DNA of 64,000 nucleotides, taken from the NCBI GenBank assembly GCA_964291395.2, contig OZ219856.1, positions 1,376,001 to 1,440,000 of the forward strand, given 5' to 3'. Shown here piece after piece: positions 19,393-30,477 of this stretch (positions within the stretch are counted from its first letter, which is position 1; each line of letters begins with the position of its first letter). The stretch is from Alphaproteobacteria bacterium. Its GTDB lineage: Bacteria > Pseudomonadota > Alphaproteobacteria > UBA2966. The notes under the pieces are model-generated. The model was not told the origin of the DNA. It saw nothing but the letters and a program-made list of their open reading frames with translations, and made no database searches. The translations under genes were made by a program, and so were the position numbers.

Positions 19393-21522
19393 ATGCCGAG
19401 CAGACGATCCGATTTTGTTCGAGTCTGGCTCTTGCGGCTGACCTCCGCGATGGGCCGGGCGTGGGGTGCCCGGCGGTTGCAGGATACCCTTCTTGCGGAG
19501 CGTGAGCGTTGGCCCCTCTGGATCCCCGTCTTCCTGGGTATCGGCATTGCAGGATACTTCTCGCAGGCGAGCGAGCCGCCCGGTTGGCTGGGCCCCGCAG
19601 GCGTCCTGTCTGCATTGGGTTTTGCTTGGGTCTTCCGGAACGAGCCGCGCGGCTTTCTGACTTCGATCGGCATCGCACTCGCTGCCGCCGGTTTTGGGCT
19701 TGCACAAATCCGCACCCATTGGGTCAGTGCTCCCATCCTTGCGGAGCCGGTGCGCTCGGCACAGATCAGCGGTCGCGTCAAGTCGATCGAGACGCACGCT
19801 CGCGGGGTTCGGATCGTCCTGGATGAAGTGGCGATCGAAGGGCGGCGTGAGCGTACCACTCCGAAGCGGATACGCATCACTCTCTATAGGTCCGGCGACT
19901 TTCGGCCCGGTGACCATGTGTCGATGCGCGCTACGCTCAACCCTCCGCCGAGACCCGCTCTCCCCAGGGCGTTCGATTTTGGTCGACAAGCCTTTTTCCA
20001 AGGATTTGGAGCCGTTGGATTTTCCACTTCCCGGGTTCAGGTCCTGTCGAGAACATACCCAACATTTCCTCACAACATCAGACAGCAGATATCGGCCCTT
20101 CGACTGGAGTGGGCGCGGGCCGTACTCGGGGAGACTCCAGAGGCGCGTCGCGGCGTCGCAGTCGCCTTGTTAACGGGAGATCGCGGTTCGATTCCCGAAA
20201 GGAATCTCGTCGAAATGCGGGATTCGGGGCTCGCCCACCTGCTGGCCATTTCGGGATTGCACGTAGGGTTGTTCGCCGGGCTGCTGTTCACGATCACGCG
20301 TGGCGCACTCGCATTGGCTGTACCGGTGGCGCTTCGGTTTCCGATCAAGAAATGGGCCGCAATGATCAGTCTTGCTGGTGCGTTCGCCTATCTCCTGATG
20401 ACGGGGGGCACGATCCCGACCCAGCGCGCGTTCCTGATGATCACGATCGGTCTACTGGCTGTCGTGTTCGAGCGGGTCGCGCTTTCGATGTTCGTCGTTG
20501 GCTGGGCCGCCATCGGTATCCTCGTTGTCACTCCGGAAAGCCTGCTCTCTGCAGGATTCCAAATGTCGTTCGCCGCGGTGATCGCGTTGATCTCCGCCTA
20601 TGAGACCTTGGCGCAACGCATCCAGATCTTCCGCTCCCGCGGACGTGTCTGGCGACAGGTATGCCTCTATATGTGCGGGGTGGTGTTGACCACCTTGATC
20701 GCGGGACTTGCGACGGCACCATTTGCGGCATTTCATTTCAACCGAGTCGCGACCTTTGGCCTCGCGGCCAATTTCTTGGCGGTTCCCGTCATGGCGATGT
20801 GGATCATGCCGTGGGCCGTCGTCACTTATCTCCTTTTTCCGCTTGGATGGCAGGATTTGTCCCTGACCCCCATGCTCTGGGGTATCGGAACGGTTCTGGA
20901 TATCGCCCACGCGGTGGCGTCCTGGCCAGGGGCCGCCCAGCTCATTCCAGTCTTGCCCTCGGTGTTCCTCACACTGATAACTCTGAGCGGTCTCTGGTTG
21001 TGCATCTGGACGACAAAATTACGGCTGTTCGGGGTCCTTGGTTTGGGGGCGGCCTTGCTTACCGGTGTGTTCGTTGACGTTCCTGATGTCCTCGTGGATG
21101 AGAGAGGGCGTATGCTCGCGGTGCGACTGGACGACAACCGAGTCACGGTTTCGTCAAAGAGGTCCAGCTTCGTCCGTCAGTCATGGCTTCGAGCCCTCGC
21201 GGTGTCGAAAACGGCATCCTGGCCAGAGATAGACGGTGACGCGGCCTCGGTGAACCGCTGCGATCCGCTGGGTTGTCTGTTCAGGTTGAAAGGCCGAGTT
21301 GTCGCGTTTTCGACCGATCCTCGAGCGCATCCGGAGGACTGCAAGAACGCTGACGTGTTGGTGAGTTCGAGGCCGGTGCGGGTTTCCTGTCAGGTGCCGC
21401 AAGTCGTCATCGATCGCTTCGATCTGTGGCGCCATGGTGCGCACGCCGTTTACCTGGATGGCGATGCGGTGCGGGTCGACACCGTCAGCCGGCACCGGGG
21501 CCGTCGTCCGTGGTCTCCTTGA
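19393..21522 (+). CDS. comEC: ComEC/Rec2 family competence protein (no clear metallo-beta-lactamase domain; start uncertain)
   Basis: SGLAHLLAISGLHV, TQRAFLM, GFQMSFAAV; divergent from gltX. Confidence 0.9.
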   Translation: MPSRRSDFVRVWLLRLTSAMGRAWGARRLQDTLLAERERWPLWIPVFLGIGIAGYFSQASEPPGWLGPAGVLSALGFAWVFRNEPRGFLTSIGIALAAAGFGLAQIRTHWVSAPILAEPVRSAQISGRVKSIETHARGVRIVLDEVAIEGRRERTTPKRIRITLYRSGDFRPGDHVSMRATLNPPPRPALPRAFDFGRQAFFQGFGAVGFSTSRVQVLSRTYPTFPHNIRQQISALRLEWARAVLGETPEARRGVAVALLTGDRGSIPERNLVEMRDSGLAHLLAISGLHVGLFAGLLFTITRGALALAVPVALRFPIKKWAAMISLAGAFAYLLMTGGTIPTQRAFLMITIGLLAVVFERVALSMFVVGWAAIGILVVTPESLLSAGFQMSFAAVIALISAYETLAQRIQIFRSRGRVWRQVCLYMCGVVLTTLIAGLATAPFAAFHFNRVATFGLAANFLAVPVMAMWIMPWAVVTYLLFPLGWQDLSLTPMLWGIGTVLDIAHAVASWPGAAQLIPVLPSVFLTLITLSGLWLCIWTTKLRLFGVLGLGAALLTGVFVDVPDVLVDERGRMLAVRLDDNRVTVSSKRSSFVRQSWLRALAVSKTASWPEIDGDAASVNRCDPLGCLFRLKGRVVAFSTDPRAHPEDCKNADVLVSSRPVRVSCQVPQVVIDRFDLWRHGAHAVYLDGDAVRVDTVSRHRGRRPWSP

Positions 21523-21554
21523 TGGGAACGTCGCAAAGGAATGATCGCGGTTGT

Positions 21555-21650
21555 GGCGGTTCGAGTTGAGCTTGAACCGTCATGGAGACCGCACCGCGGC
21601 CCACCCGCCGTAAGCGATAAGGAATGCCGGAGCTAAACTGGACCCCTCTA
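21555..21650 (+). repeat. double-hairpin repeat, copy 2 (hairpin B partly deleted)
   Basis: GGCGGTTCGAG-TTGAG-CTTGAACCGTC (21555-21581) ... TAAGCGATAAGGAATGCCGGAGC-TAAACTGGACCCCTCTA; terminal CTA is the lexA TAG stop. Confidence 0.8.
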
Positions 21651-22349
21651 ATACTGCCTGAGGAGACTGACCAGACGGCCCTGGACCTTGACTCGGTTGG
21701 GCCCGAAAATCCGTGTCTCGTAGGTCTCGTTCGCGGCCTCCAGGGCAACCGAATTCCCTTTGCGACGCAAGCGCTTGAGCGTAACTTCTTCGTTATCGAT
21801 CAAGGCCACCACGATAGCGCCATTCTCCGCGACGTCGCCGCGCTCGATGATGATGGTATCGCCGTCGAAGATGCCGGCATCGACCATCGAGTCCCCGGCT
21901 ACTTCCAACGCGTAGTACTCACCGCGTCCCAACAACGACGCAGGCACGTCCACTGAATTTGATTGATCCCGCAACGCCTCGATCGGCGTGCCGGCGGCAA
22001 TCCTGCCGTAGAGGGGCAAACTGAGGCTTTCCGAGCCCCGTGCAGCGGTGGAATCCGCGGTTTTCGCAGCGAAATTACCCCGGATGACGCTCGGGGAGAA
22101 GCCCGGTTCCGGCGCTATCGTGCGCGCGACGGCTTCTTCCGGCAGTTTGAGTACCTCAAGTGCCCGCGCGCGATGTGGCAGCCTGCGGATGAAACCCCGT
22201 TCCTCAAGGGCGGTAATCAAGCGATGGATGCCCGACTTCGATTTGAGGGTCAAGGCATCCTTCATTTCGTCAAACGATGGAGAAACACCGTTTTCCGCGA
22301 GGTAATCATTGATGTATTGGAGGAGTTCGTGCTGCTTTCGTGTCAACAT
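21648..22349 (-). CDS. lexA: SOS repressor LexA
   Basis: [36 protein letters not shown]. Confidence 0.98.
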   Translation of the reverse strand: MLTRKQHELLQYINDYLAENGVSPSFDEMKDALTLKSKSGIHRLITALEERGFIRRLPHRARALEVLKLPEEAVARTIAPEPGFSPSVIRGNFAAKTADSTAARGSESLSLPLYGRIAAGTPIEALRDQSNSVDVPASLLGRGEYYALEVAGDSMVDAGIFDGDTIIIERGDVAENGAIVVALIDNEEVTLKRLRRKGNSVALEAANETYETRIFGPNRVKVQGRLVSLLRQY

Positions 22350-22389
22350 TGATCAGATCCCGACTCCGGCTCCAGGGGCACAAGATATG

Positions 22390-22429
22390 GAACAAAAGAA
22401 AAACATTCACGCATGTTCTAGTTTAGTTC
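22390..22429. promoter_or_regulatory. alphaproteobacterial SOS boxes upstream of lexA
   Basis: Perfect GTTC-N7-GTTC (22415-22429) and near-match GAAC-N7-AAAC (22390-22404). Confidence 0.9.
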
Positions 22430-22460
22430 TCAACGGAATTCAAGTGCCGTGTGAGGGAAC

Positions 22461-22545
22461 GCAGGAGGCCGCACCCGGCCCGCCGGTCCGTTGTCGTGAG
22501 GGACAACGAACGCTGGAGCGGTAGAGTCAAACTGGAGCCGCTAGG
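22461..22545 (+). repeat. double-hairpin repeat, copy 3 (right part)
   Basis: GCAGGAGGCCGCACCCGGCCCGCC ... TGAGGGACAACGAACGCTGGAGCGGTAGAG-TCAAA-CTGGAGCCGCTAGG; the loop contains the moeA stop. Confidence 0.75.
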
Positions 22546-23756
22546 TGCTCCGGCCCCGGCGAGTTCAGGGGAATGATGTCCACCTGCGTTCCCTTCGCCG
22601 CAGCGGGTGCGTGAGGGGCGCGGACGATCAGACAGTCGGCGTGTGCCAAGCGAGACAACATGCTCGAATCCTGAATCTCGAAGGGCGTGGCGACCAACTC
22701 CCCGGACTCGTCTCGCGCGAGGGTGGCTCGCAGGTAATCTTCCCGGTGGTCGTTCCCGGCAACGTCGCAGCCTAGTTCAGCCTTGCCGTAGCGCACCGAT
22801 GTCTCGCCCAGCCCGAGCATCTTTGCGATCGCCGGACGCAGAAAGATCAGGCTGCACACGAGGGCGGACACGGGATTTCCCGGTAGGCCGAGCATCGCCG
22901 TGTCATCCAGGTGCCCGAACATGAGCGGCTTGCCGGGCCTCATGGCAATACGCCAGAAATCCACCTCAAGCCCCACGTCGCCGAGAACGCGCCGCACGAG
23001 GTCATGATCGCCGACGGATGCGCCTCCGATGGTGACGAGCATATCCACGCCCTTCGCCCCGGTAGCGAGAGTCCTGAGCGAGTCCTCTGTGTCGAGAGCA
23101 ATGCCGAGGTCGACCGCTTCGGCGCCGGACGCCTCGACGAAGGCGCAGAGGCCGACGTTGTTGGAACTCACGATCTGATTAGGTCCCAGGGGGTCGCCGG
23201 GCATGACGAGTTCGTCGCCCGTCGCCAGGACGGCGATGCGCGGCTTGCGGTGCACGCGCAGCCACGGACAGTTCATCGATGCGGCCAGCGCAACGTCCCT
23301 GGCGTCCAGGACCTTTCCGGACCTCAGGCCGACTTCGCCTTCGCTGAAGTCCAGGCCGGCGGGCCGGATATACTTCCCTTTCGGGGCACCTTCCTTGACG
23401 ATGATCTTTTCGTCGTTCGCCACGGCATCTTCCTGAATGACGATCGCATTGGCACCGCTGGGCACCGGGCCGCCGGTAAAGATCCTGACTGTCTCGCCTG
23501 GACCAACGACGCCGTTGTACGCGCCGCCCGCCGGTGCCTCCCCAATCTGTCGTAGCGTGGCTGGCGTTTGGGCGACGTCCTCCGCGCGTACAGCATAGCC
23601 ATCCATCGCCGAGACGGCGACCGGCGGTTGGGTGACGCGCGCGCGTACCTCCTCGGCCAGAACCCTCCCTAGCGCGCCCGCCAGTCCCACGGTCTCGACG
23701 CCCGTCGGCAAGAGCGGCTCGAGAATCTTCTGCCGTGCCTCGACGACGGAAATCAT
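22527..23756 (-). CDS. moeA: molybdopterin molybdotransferase MoeA
   Basis: SAMDGYA, RIFTGG, TGDEL, MRPGKP, GLPGNPVS. Confidence 0.97.
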   Translation of the reverse strand: MISVVEARQKILEPLLPTGVETVGLAGALGRVLAEEVRARVTQPPVAVSAMDGYAVRAEDVAQTPATLRQIGEAPAGGAYNGVVGPGETVRIFTGGPVPSGANAIVIQEDAVANDEKIIVKEGAPKGKYIRPAGLDFSEGEVGLRSGKVLDARDVALAASMNCPWLRVHRKPRIAVLATGDELVMPGDPLGPNQIVSSNNVGLCAFVEASGAEAVDLGIALDTEDSLRTLATGAKGVDMLVTIGGASVGDHDLVRRVLGDVGLEVDFWRIAMRPGKPLMFGHLDDTAMLGLPGNPVSALVCSLIFLRPAIAKMLGLGETSVRYGKAELGCDVAGNDHREDYLRATLARDESGELVATPFEIQDSSMLSRLAHADCLIVRAPHAPAAAKGTQVDIIPLNSPGPEHLAAPV

Positions 23757-23762
23757 GTCAGT

Positions 23763-24239
23763 TCAGTCCGTCCTGAAAGTGCCGGATTTTCCGCCGCTCT
23801 TGAACGTCAGACGTGCCGATTCGATTGTCATGGCACGGTCTACCGACTTGCACATGTCGTAAACCGTAAGTGCAGCCACCGACACCGCCGTCAACGCCTC
23901 CATTTCGACGCCGGTTCGGGCGGTGGTTCGGCAAGTCGAGATGATCGTCACGGCGCTGTGCTCGAGATCGCAGCTCAACTCGATGTCGATGGCGGCGAGC
24001 GGTAGTGGATGACAGAGCGGAATCAGGTCCGATGTTCGTTTGGCCGCCATGATCCCGGCGATTCGCGCGACACCCAATACGTCGCCCTTTCCCGCCCGTC
24101 CGTCCAAGATCATGGAAAGGGTATCGGGCTTCATGCTCACCCGTGCTTCCGCCGTTGCGACACGCTCGGTCTCTTGCTTCGAGGTCACGTCGACCATCCG
24201 TGCGTTTCCTTGATCGTCGAAATGCGTCAGTTCGGCCAT
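23763..24239 (-). CDS. moaC: cyclic pyranopterin monophosphate synthase MoaC
   Basis: LTHFD...[27 protein letters not shown]. Confidence 0.98.
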   Translation of the reverse strand: MAELTHFDDQGNARMVDVTSKQETERVATAEARVSMKPDTLSMILDGRAGKGDVLGVARIAGIMAAKRTSDLIPLCHPLPLAAIDIELSCDLEHSAVTIISTCRTTARTGVEMEALTAVSVAALTVYDMCKSVDRAMTIESARLTFKSGGKSGTFRTD

Positions 24240-24251
24240 TGTCTTGGGTGC

Positions 24252-25067
24252 TCAGGCGGTGACCGCATCGGAGTCGAACGGCGTCAGCAACTCCGACGTG
24301 GCTCGGGCGACATCGTCCGCCCGCATCAATGACTCCCCTATAAGGAAGCAGTTCACGCCGGCCGCGCTCATACGGTTAAGATCCTGCGGAGTGGACAAGC
24401 CGCTCTCGCTGATAATGATCGTGTCCTCAGGCACGTGCGAGACGAGGTTCTCGGTCGTGGCCAGGTCGACGTCGAATGTCCTGAGATTTCTGTTGTTGAT
24501 CCCGACCAGTTCGGGATTCAGGATCTTCGTACGTTCCAATTCTTCCTCGTCGTGAACCTCGAACAGTATGTCCATTTCCAGCCCACGCGCCGTCGTGGCG
24601 AGCGTATCGGCCTGTTCGTTATCCAACACCGCCATGATCAACAACACGCAATCGGCGCCGAGCGCCCTGGATTCCACGATCTGATACGGTTCGATCATGA
24701 AATCCTTGCGCAGGACGGGAAGGCTGCCGGCGTCGCGCGCCTGCCCGAGAAAGTCGTCCGCACCCAGAAAATAAGGCCGATCCGTGAGGACGGAAAGACA
24801 GGTCGCTCCCCCGTCGGCATAGGCGCGTGCCAACGCCCGGGGGTCGAAATTCTCCCGGATCAGGCCTTTCGACGGCGAGGCCTTCTTTATCTCGGCGATC
24901 AGGCCGTAGTTGCCGTCCCGCATCGCTTCCCTGAGTGCTTCGGCGAATCCACGCACTCGAGGCGCCGCCTCTGCGGCCGTCAGAACCTGACTGTCCGGGA
25001 CCAAATCGCGCTGGCGCTCAACGTGAACGCGCTTGTCCGCGATGATCTTCTCGAGAACGTCACTCAT
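24252..25067 (-). CDS. trpC: indole-3-glycerol phosphate synthase
   Basis: [33 protein letters not shown]. Confidence 0.98.
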   Translation of the reverse strand: MSDVLEKIIADKRVHVERQRDLVPDSQVLTAAEAAPRVRGFAEALREAMRDGNYGLIAEIKKASPSKGLIRENFDPRALARAYADGGATCLSVLTDRPYFLGADDFLGQARDAGSLPVLRKDFMIEPYQIVESRALGADCVLLIMAVLDNEQADTLATTARGLEMDILFEVHDEEELERTKILNPELVGINNRNLRTFDVDLATTENLVSHVPEDTIIISESGLSTPQDLNRMSAAGVNCFLIGESLMRADDVARATSELLTPFDSDAVTA

Positions 25068-26103
25068 CCGTCGCGGCCGACTCGTTCGTAATGGCGATCA
25101 GGCCGTCCAGCGCCGTCCGTGCCTTGCCGTTGTCGATGGAGTCCGCGGCCATGGCCGCGCCATCCTTGAGGTTGTTCACTTCTCCCGACGTGATGAGCGC
25201 GGCCGAGGCATTCAGCAGCACGATGTCGCGGAAGGCACTCTCGTGGCCGTCGAGGAGGGCATTGATCGCGAGCGCGTTGGTATCCGCATCACCGCCCTTC
25301 AGCGACTCGCCATCTGAGCGCGGCAATCCGGCGTCCTCCGGTGTGATGTCGAACGTCCTGATGTCGTCGTCCTTCAATTCGGCGACGAAGGTGGAGCTTG
25401 TGGTCGTGATTTCATCCAGCCCGTCGCTGCCGTGAACTACCCAGACGTGCTGGGAACCCAGATTCTTTAACACCTGCGCGAGTGGTTCCACCCATTCCCT
25501 GGAAAAGACTCCGACGAGGTGTTTTTTAACGCCTGCGGGATTCGAGAGGGGGCCCAGCATGTTAAAGATCGTGCGGGTACCCATTTCGACGCGGGTACCG
25601 CCCACGTGGCGCATCGCACCGTGGTGGCGCTGGGCGAACATGAAGCACAGACCAGCCTCCCACAGGGCCTTCTTCGTCAACGAGAAATCGCACTCGATAT
25701 TGACGCCGAGCGACGACAGTACATCCGCAGCGCCCGACTTTGAGGACGCCGCGCGGTTTCCGTGCTTGGCCACGGGAATGCCGCAGCCCGCAACCACGAT
25801 GGCCGCGGCGGTCGACACGTTGTACGTTCCGGACCGGTCGCCTCCGGTGCCGACCACGTCGATCGCCGCTGCCGGAGATTCGATCCGAGACATCTTCTCG
25901 CGCATGGTCATGACACCGCCGGTCAATTCATCGACGGTTTCCCCACGCAGGCGCAGCGCCATAAGGAGCGCGCCCATTTGCGACGGCGTGGCATCGCCGG
26001 ACATCATGATGTCGAACGCGCGGTGAGTCTGATCTACGCTCAGACGCTCGCCCTCCGCCACGAGAGCTATGATTTGCTTCATGGTGAGTTGGGCGTCGCT
26101 CAT
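25060..26103 (-). CDS. trpD: anthranilate phosphoribosyltransferase
   Basis: [28 protein letters not shown]. Confidence 0.98.
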   Translation of the reverse strand: MSDAQLTMKQIIALVAEGERLSVDQTHRAFDIMMSGDATPSQMGALLMALRLRGETVDELTGGVMTMREKMSRIESPAAAIDVVGTGGDRSGTYNVSTAAAIVVAGCGIPVAKHGNRAASSKSGAADVLSSLGVNIECDFSLTKKALWEAGLCFMFAQRHHGAMRHVGGTRVEMGTRTIFNMLGPLSNPAGVKKHLVGVFSREWVEPLAQVLKNLGSQHVWVVHGSDGLDEITTTSSTFVAELKDDDIRTFDITPEDAGLPRSDGESLKGGDADTNALAINALLDGHESAFRDIVLLNASAALITSGEVNNLKDGAAMAADSIDNGKARTALDGLIAITNESAATDE

Positions 26104-26729
26104 GAATGCATCTCCAGGGGGGCGGCACGTTTCGGGGGTTCGACGGGTTGGGTCTCATCCATTCCGGTCAGCCTGAGGAAATTCGCCAGCAGGGCGTGAC
26201 CATGCTCCGACGCGATGCTCTCGGGGTGAAACTGAACGCCGTGGACTGGTAAATCCTTGTGAGAGACGCCCATCACCACCCCGTCGTCGGTTTCCGCCGT
26301 CACGCGCAAGCAGGCGGGCACGGAGGCGCCATCGATTACCAGGGAGTGATAGCGCGTGGCCTGGAACTCCGAAGGCAGGCCCGCGAACACGCCGGTACCA
26401 TCGTTCCGTATGACGCTGAGCTTTCCGTGCATGACCTTGGAAGCGCGAACGATGTGTCCGCCGAACGCTTGACCAACGGACTGGTGGCCCAGACACACCC
26501 CGAGAACGGGAACCGAGCCTGCGGCTTTCTCGACGAGCTCGAGACAGATTCCCGCTCGGTCGGGATCGCAGGGCCCCGGAGAGAGGACGATTCCCGTCGG
26601 CCCAAGGGCGAGGACGTCGCGCGGCGTCACCGCGTCGTTGCGGAAGACGCGCGAGTCCGCGCCCAACTCACCCAAGAAATGGACGAGGTTGTAAGTAAAG
26701 CTGTCGTAGTTGTCGATTATGACGAGCAT
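26100..26729 (-). CDS. trpG: anthranilate synthase component II
   Basis: [34 protein letters not shown]; start moved to ATG 26729. Confidence 0.96.
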   Translation of the reverse strand: MLVIIDNYDSFTYNLVHFLGELGADSRVFRNDAVTPRDVLALGPTGIVLSPGPCDPDRAGICLELVEKAAGSVPVLGVCLGHQSVGQAFGGHIVRASKVMHGKLSVIRNDGTGVFAGLPSEFQATRYHSLVIDGASVPACLRVTAETDDGVVMGVSHKDLPVHGVQFHPESIASEHGHALLANFLRLTGMDETQPVEPPKRAAPLEMHS

Positions 26730-26817
26730 TTCGATTGACTGCAGGAAAACGCCATTCCACCGTATTCTACATGCACATCCGTTTTGCCGGTCGAGAGCCC
26801 GGATACACGGCCCAACG

Positions 26818-28362
26818 TTAACTTCTGCCGATGATTGCCCTTGGTTCATTGCTTACTGCGGGTTCCGATGCGAAACGCACGGCCTCCTCCGCAGCACGGA
26901 TCAGGGCCTTGGCCTTGTTGCGGCTTTCCTCGAATTCGGCGTTCGGATCGCTGTCGGCCACGATGCCGCCGCCGGCCTGAACATACATCGTCCCGTCCAT
27001 CACCACGGCGGTCCTGAGCGCAATGCAGGTATCCATGCTGCCGTTCGCGGAGAAGTAACCGATCGCTCCCGCGTACACGCCACGTTTTTCGGGCTCTAGC
27101 TCGTCGATGATCTCCATGGCGCGAACCTTTGGGGCGCCGCTTACGGTGCCTGCCGGAAATGCGCCGCACAGAGCGTCCATGGCATCGAACCGGTCATCGA
27201 TCGCACCTTCGACGTTGGAGACGATATGCATCACGTGGGAGTAGTTCTCGATGACCATCTGTTCGGTTACGTTGACAGTGCCGATCTTCGCCACGCGTCC
27301 CACGTCGTTTCGCCCGAGGTCCAGCAGCATCAGGTGCTCCGCGAGTTCCTTGGGGTCCGACAACAGGTCCTTGGCGAGCGCCGCGTCTTCCTTGCGGTCG
27401 GCACCTCGGGGGCGCGTCCCGGCGATAGGCCGAACCGTTACGACACCGTCTCGCAACCTCACCAGGATTTCCGGACTTGAGCCGACGATCGAGAACTCGT
27501 CCAGTTGAAGGAAATACATGAACGGGGAGGGGTTGGTGCGGCGCAATGCCCGATAAAGTGCGAACGGTGGAAGCGTGAAGGGCAGGCTGAAGCGCTGGGA
27601 CAAAACGGTCTGGAAGATGTCACCCGCGGCAATGTATGCCTTGGCTTTCTCGACCATCTCGCAATAGGCCTCGCGGCTCATGTTCGAAGAAGGCTCCGGC
27701 AGTCCGAGATCCGGCCTGCGCGGACCGTGGGCGTGGTGGAGACTTTTCTCCAAACCCGAGGTCGCCTCGAACAGCGTGTCGATGGCGGACCGATAAGCTT
27801 GTTGGGCATCGACACCCAGGGTTGGGCGAACCGGTGTGACGAACGTGATGATGTCCTTGACGGAATCGAAAATCGCCATGATCGTCGGGCGGACGAAGAT
27901 GCCGTCGGGAATCCCGATAGCGTCGGGATTCGGTTCCGGTAACCGCTCCATCAAGCGAACCGTATCGTAGGCCATGTAGCCGACGAGGCCGGCAGCCATC
28001 GGCGGGAGTTCCTCCGGTAGGACTATACGCGTCTCGTCGATCAGCTGCCGCAGGGCATTGAGCGGGCTCTCTTCGCACGTCTCGAACGACTCTCGGTCGA
28101 CCAGGGCGTGCCGGTTGATCTCCGCCCGATTGCCATGACATCGCCAGATAAGATCGGGGTTCATGCCAATGATTGAATACCTACCCCTCACGGCACCGCC
28201 CTCCACGGACTCGAGCAGAAAACTGTTCGGGGAGCCGTCGGCGAGCTTCAACATAGCGGATACGGGAGTTTCGAGATCGGCGACCAGATTGGTCCACACG
28301 ACCTGGCTCTCTCCCGCGTCGTAGATAGCGCGAAATTCGTCGCTGGTCGGAGAGATCGTCAT
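26818..28362 (-). CDS. trpE: anthranilate synthase component I
   Basis: LLESVEGG, NPSPFM, PIAGTR, EHLMLLDLGRND, GTVSGAPK. Confidence 0.97.
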   Translation of the reverse strand: MTISPTSDEFRAIYDAGESQVVWTNLVADLETPVSAMLKLADGSPNSFLLESVEGGAVRGRYSIIGMNPDLIWRCHGNRAEINRHALVDRESFETCEESPLNALRQLIDETRIVLPEELPPMAAGLVGYMAYDTVRLMERLPEPNPDAIGIPDGIFVRPTIMAIFDSVKDIITFVTPVRPTLGVDAQQAYRSAIDTLFEATSGLEKSLHHAHGPRRPDLGLPEPSSNMSREAYCEMVEKAKAYIAAGDIFQTVLSQRFSLPFTLPPFALYRALRRTNPSPFMYFLQLDEFSIVGSSPEILVRLRDGVVTVRPIAGTRPRGADRKEDAALAKDLLSDPKELAEHLMLLDLGRNDVGRVAKIGTVNVTEQMVIENYSHVMHIVSNVEGAIDDRFDAMDALCGAFPAGTVSGAPKVRAMEIIDELEPEKRGVYAGAIGYFSANGSMDTCIALRTAVVMDGTMYVQAGGGIVADSDPNAEFEESRNKAKALIRAAEEAVRFASEPAVSNEPRAIIGRS

Positions 28363-28364
28363 AT

Positions 28365-30262
28365 CTAGAACAGGCTGTCGATAGCCCGTTGATTCACTTC
28401 GATGTCGTACTCCTGGTTCAGCGCCACTCTGTATTGAGCCAAAATGTCGTCGGCGAGCGCTTCATCGAGATTGCGTCGCAGTTCCCGATGTTCTGGTTGT
28501 TCGTCGCCTCGCTCCCCGCCCGGTCGATGCGGCGCAGCACCGCGATCGTGTGACCCGCACCCTGCGGGGCGGGTCCCTCGGCAACGTCACCGGTATGCAT
28601 CAAGGCGAAAAGCCTTGTCAGCAATTCTCCCGACACGTCACGGTTCACCCCCGCGTCGTAGCGGGTCAGCGCCGGGGTCGAGCGAACGTCCAAGCCTTCG
28701 GCCGCGGCCAGCGCCTCCAGACTTTCGCCCTGACGTATACGATCCGCGATGGCAGTTGCTCGTTCACGAGTAAGCCGGACGCGTTCGGATTCCTTCCAGT
28801 CGGTGATCACTTGTTCGCGAATGGAATCGAGCGACCTTGACAACGTCGGTGTGATGCCGTCTACGCGAACGATGAAATAGCCGCCGCCGATACTTTCGGT
28901 CAGCGCCGACTCCTGACCTTCCGCGGTTCCAAATGCGGTCGGCAGAAACTCGGGATAAGCCGGCACATTTTCAACTTCCGCACCGTCGGGTGCCCGGCCG
29001 CCCGCGTCAATCCGTGAGAGCTTGCCGACGTTCAGGTTGAGGCGGTTCGCGCTTTCTTCGAGTGTGGCGCCTCCCGCGAGTTCATCCTCCAATTCGTTGG
29101 CGAGTTCGAACAGGCTGTCGGCGGCCCGACGCAAGGCGAGGTCCCCGCGCAAGTCCTCCCTGGCTTCCTCCAAGGACGTTGTCCGGCCCGGGATGACCTT
29201 GTTGATCCGATAGATATGCCACCCGAAGTCGCTCCGTTGAGGGTCCAGATACTGTCCCTGGGGGGCCGCGAAAACTGTCTCTGCGGCGTCCGACGACAGT
29301 GGGAGTTCCGTGATCGTCAGCACGCCGAGCGCCGTGTCTTCCGGCTCCAGTCCAGCTGTATTCCGGGCGATGTCTTCAAAGGCCTCGCCTTGCTTGAGCC
29401 TTTCCAGCGCGTCCCTCGCCGAAGTCTCATCGTCAACGACGATCTGAGATAGATCCCGCCGTTCGGGCTCGATGAACTCGTCGAGTCGGGACTCGTACTC
29501 GTCGGAAATCTCGGTTTCCGTTACCGTTACTTCATCAAGCAGTTGTTCGGGAGTCAGCGCGACGTATGTGAGCGCCCGGTATTCGGGGGCCATATAGCGC
29601 CCCGACGAGTCCTTGTAGAACTGCTCGAGTACGGCATCGTCCGGCGTTGCCGGTTTGGGGATGGACGAGTTGAGGACGACGGCGACATCGGCGACCCGCC
29701 GTTCGGCTCTGTGGCGAAAGATTGCGTCGACAACGGGTTGGGGTGTTTCCGCGCCTAGGGCAATGCCGTTCATCAACTGGGTGCGCCGCAGATCCGCGCG
29801 GCGCACGTACTCGAAGTATTCGCGCGTGTACCCCAACTGCCGAAGCACGTCGCGGTAGTAAAGCGGATCGAACCTCCCCAATTCGTTCCGGAACGCCGGA
29901 TTGGAACGAATATCCGCCGCCAGGTCCTTGTCCGACACCGTTAGTCCATATCCCAACGCCACCTGATCGAACAACGCCCTGTTGATCATGCGCTGAAGCG
30001 TAAGATTCTCGATGCCCAATCGGCGGGCCTGGTCGGCATCAAGCTGCTGCCCCATGCGCTGATTCAACTGGTCCAGCTCCCGGCGGTAAGCGTCACCGAA
30101 TTCGGATCGCGTTATTTCGACGTCGCCCACCGTGGCCACCGTGGCGTCGGACGGTCCGCGAAAAATGTCGCCGATTCCCCAGACGGCAAAACTTAGGATG
30201 AGCACTCCGAGGAACGCCTTTACGATCCAGGAGCCCGTCTGCTTGCGAAGTGAGTCCAGCAT
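28365..30262 (-). CDS. ppiD: PpiD/SurA-N-domain peptidyl-prolyl isomerase, frameshifted near 28515
   Basis: N-terminal TM (LILSFAVWGI), parvulin SDFGWHI; the called ORF stops at 28418 but a PpiD-like tail continues in another frame to TAG at 28365. Confidence 0.88.
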
Positions 30263-30477
30263 TGCTCGCTATCCCGTATTCCGCAGACACGTACGACCCT
30301 TCGGCACGATGCCGCGACACGTTGCCGAACGAGGGATAGCGGCCCAAACGGCCGCTTTTGTCAACCGTCGTGAGGTATCCACGACCATAGCCTTCCCTTC
30401 GGGGTACAGCATTGTGGCTTCGGAGGGCGTTCGCGCCTATAACACCCTGCCAACACGAACTCATAGAATCTCTCGGT

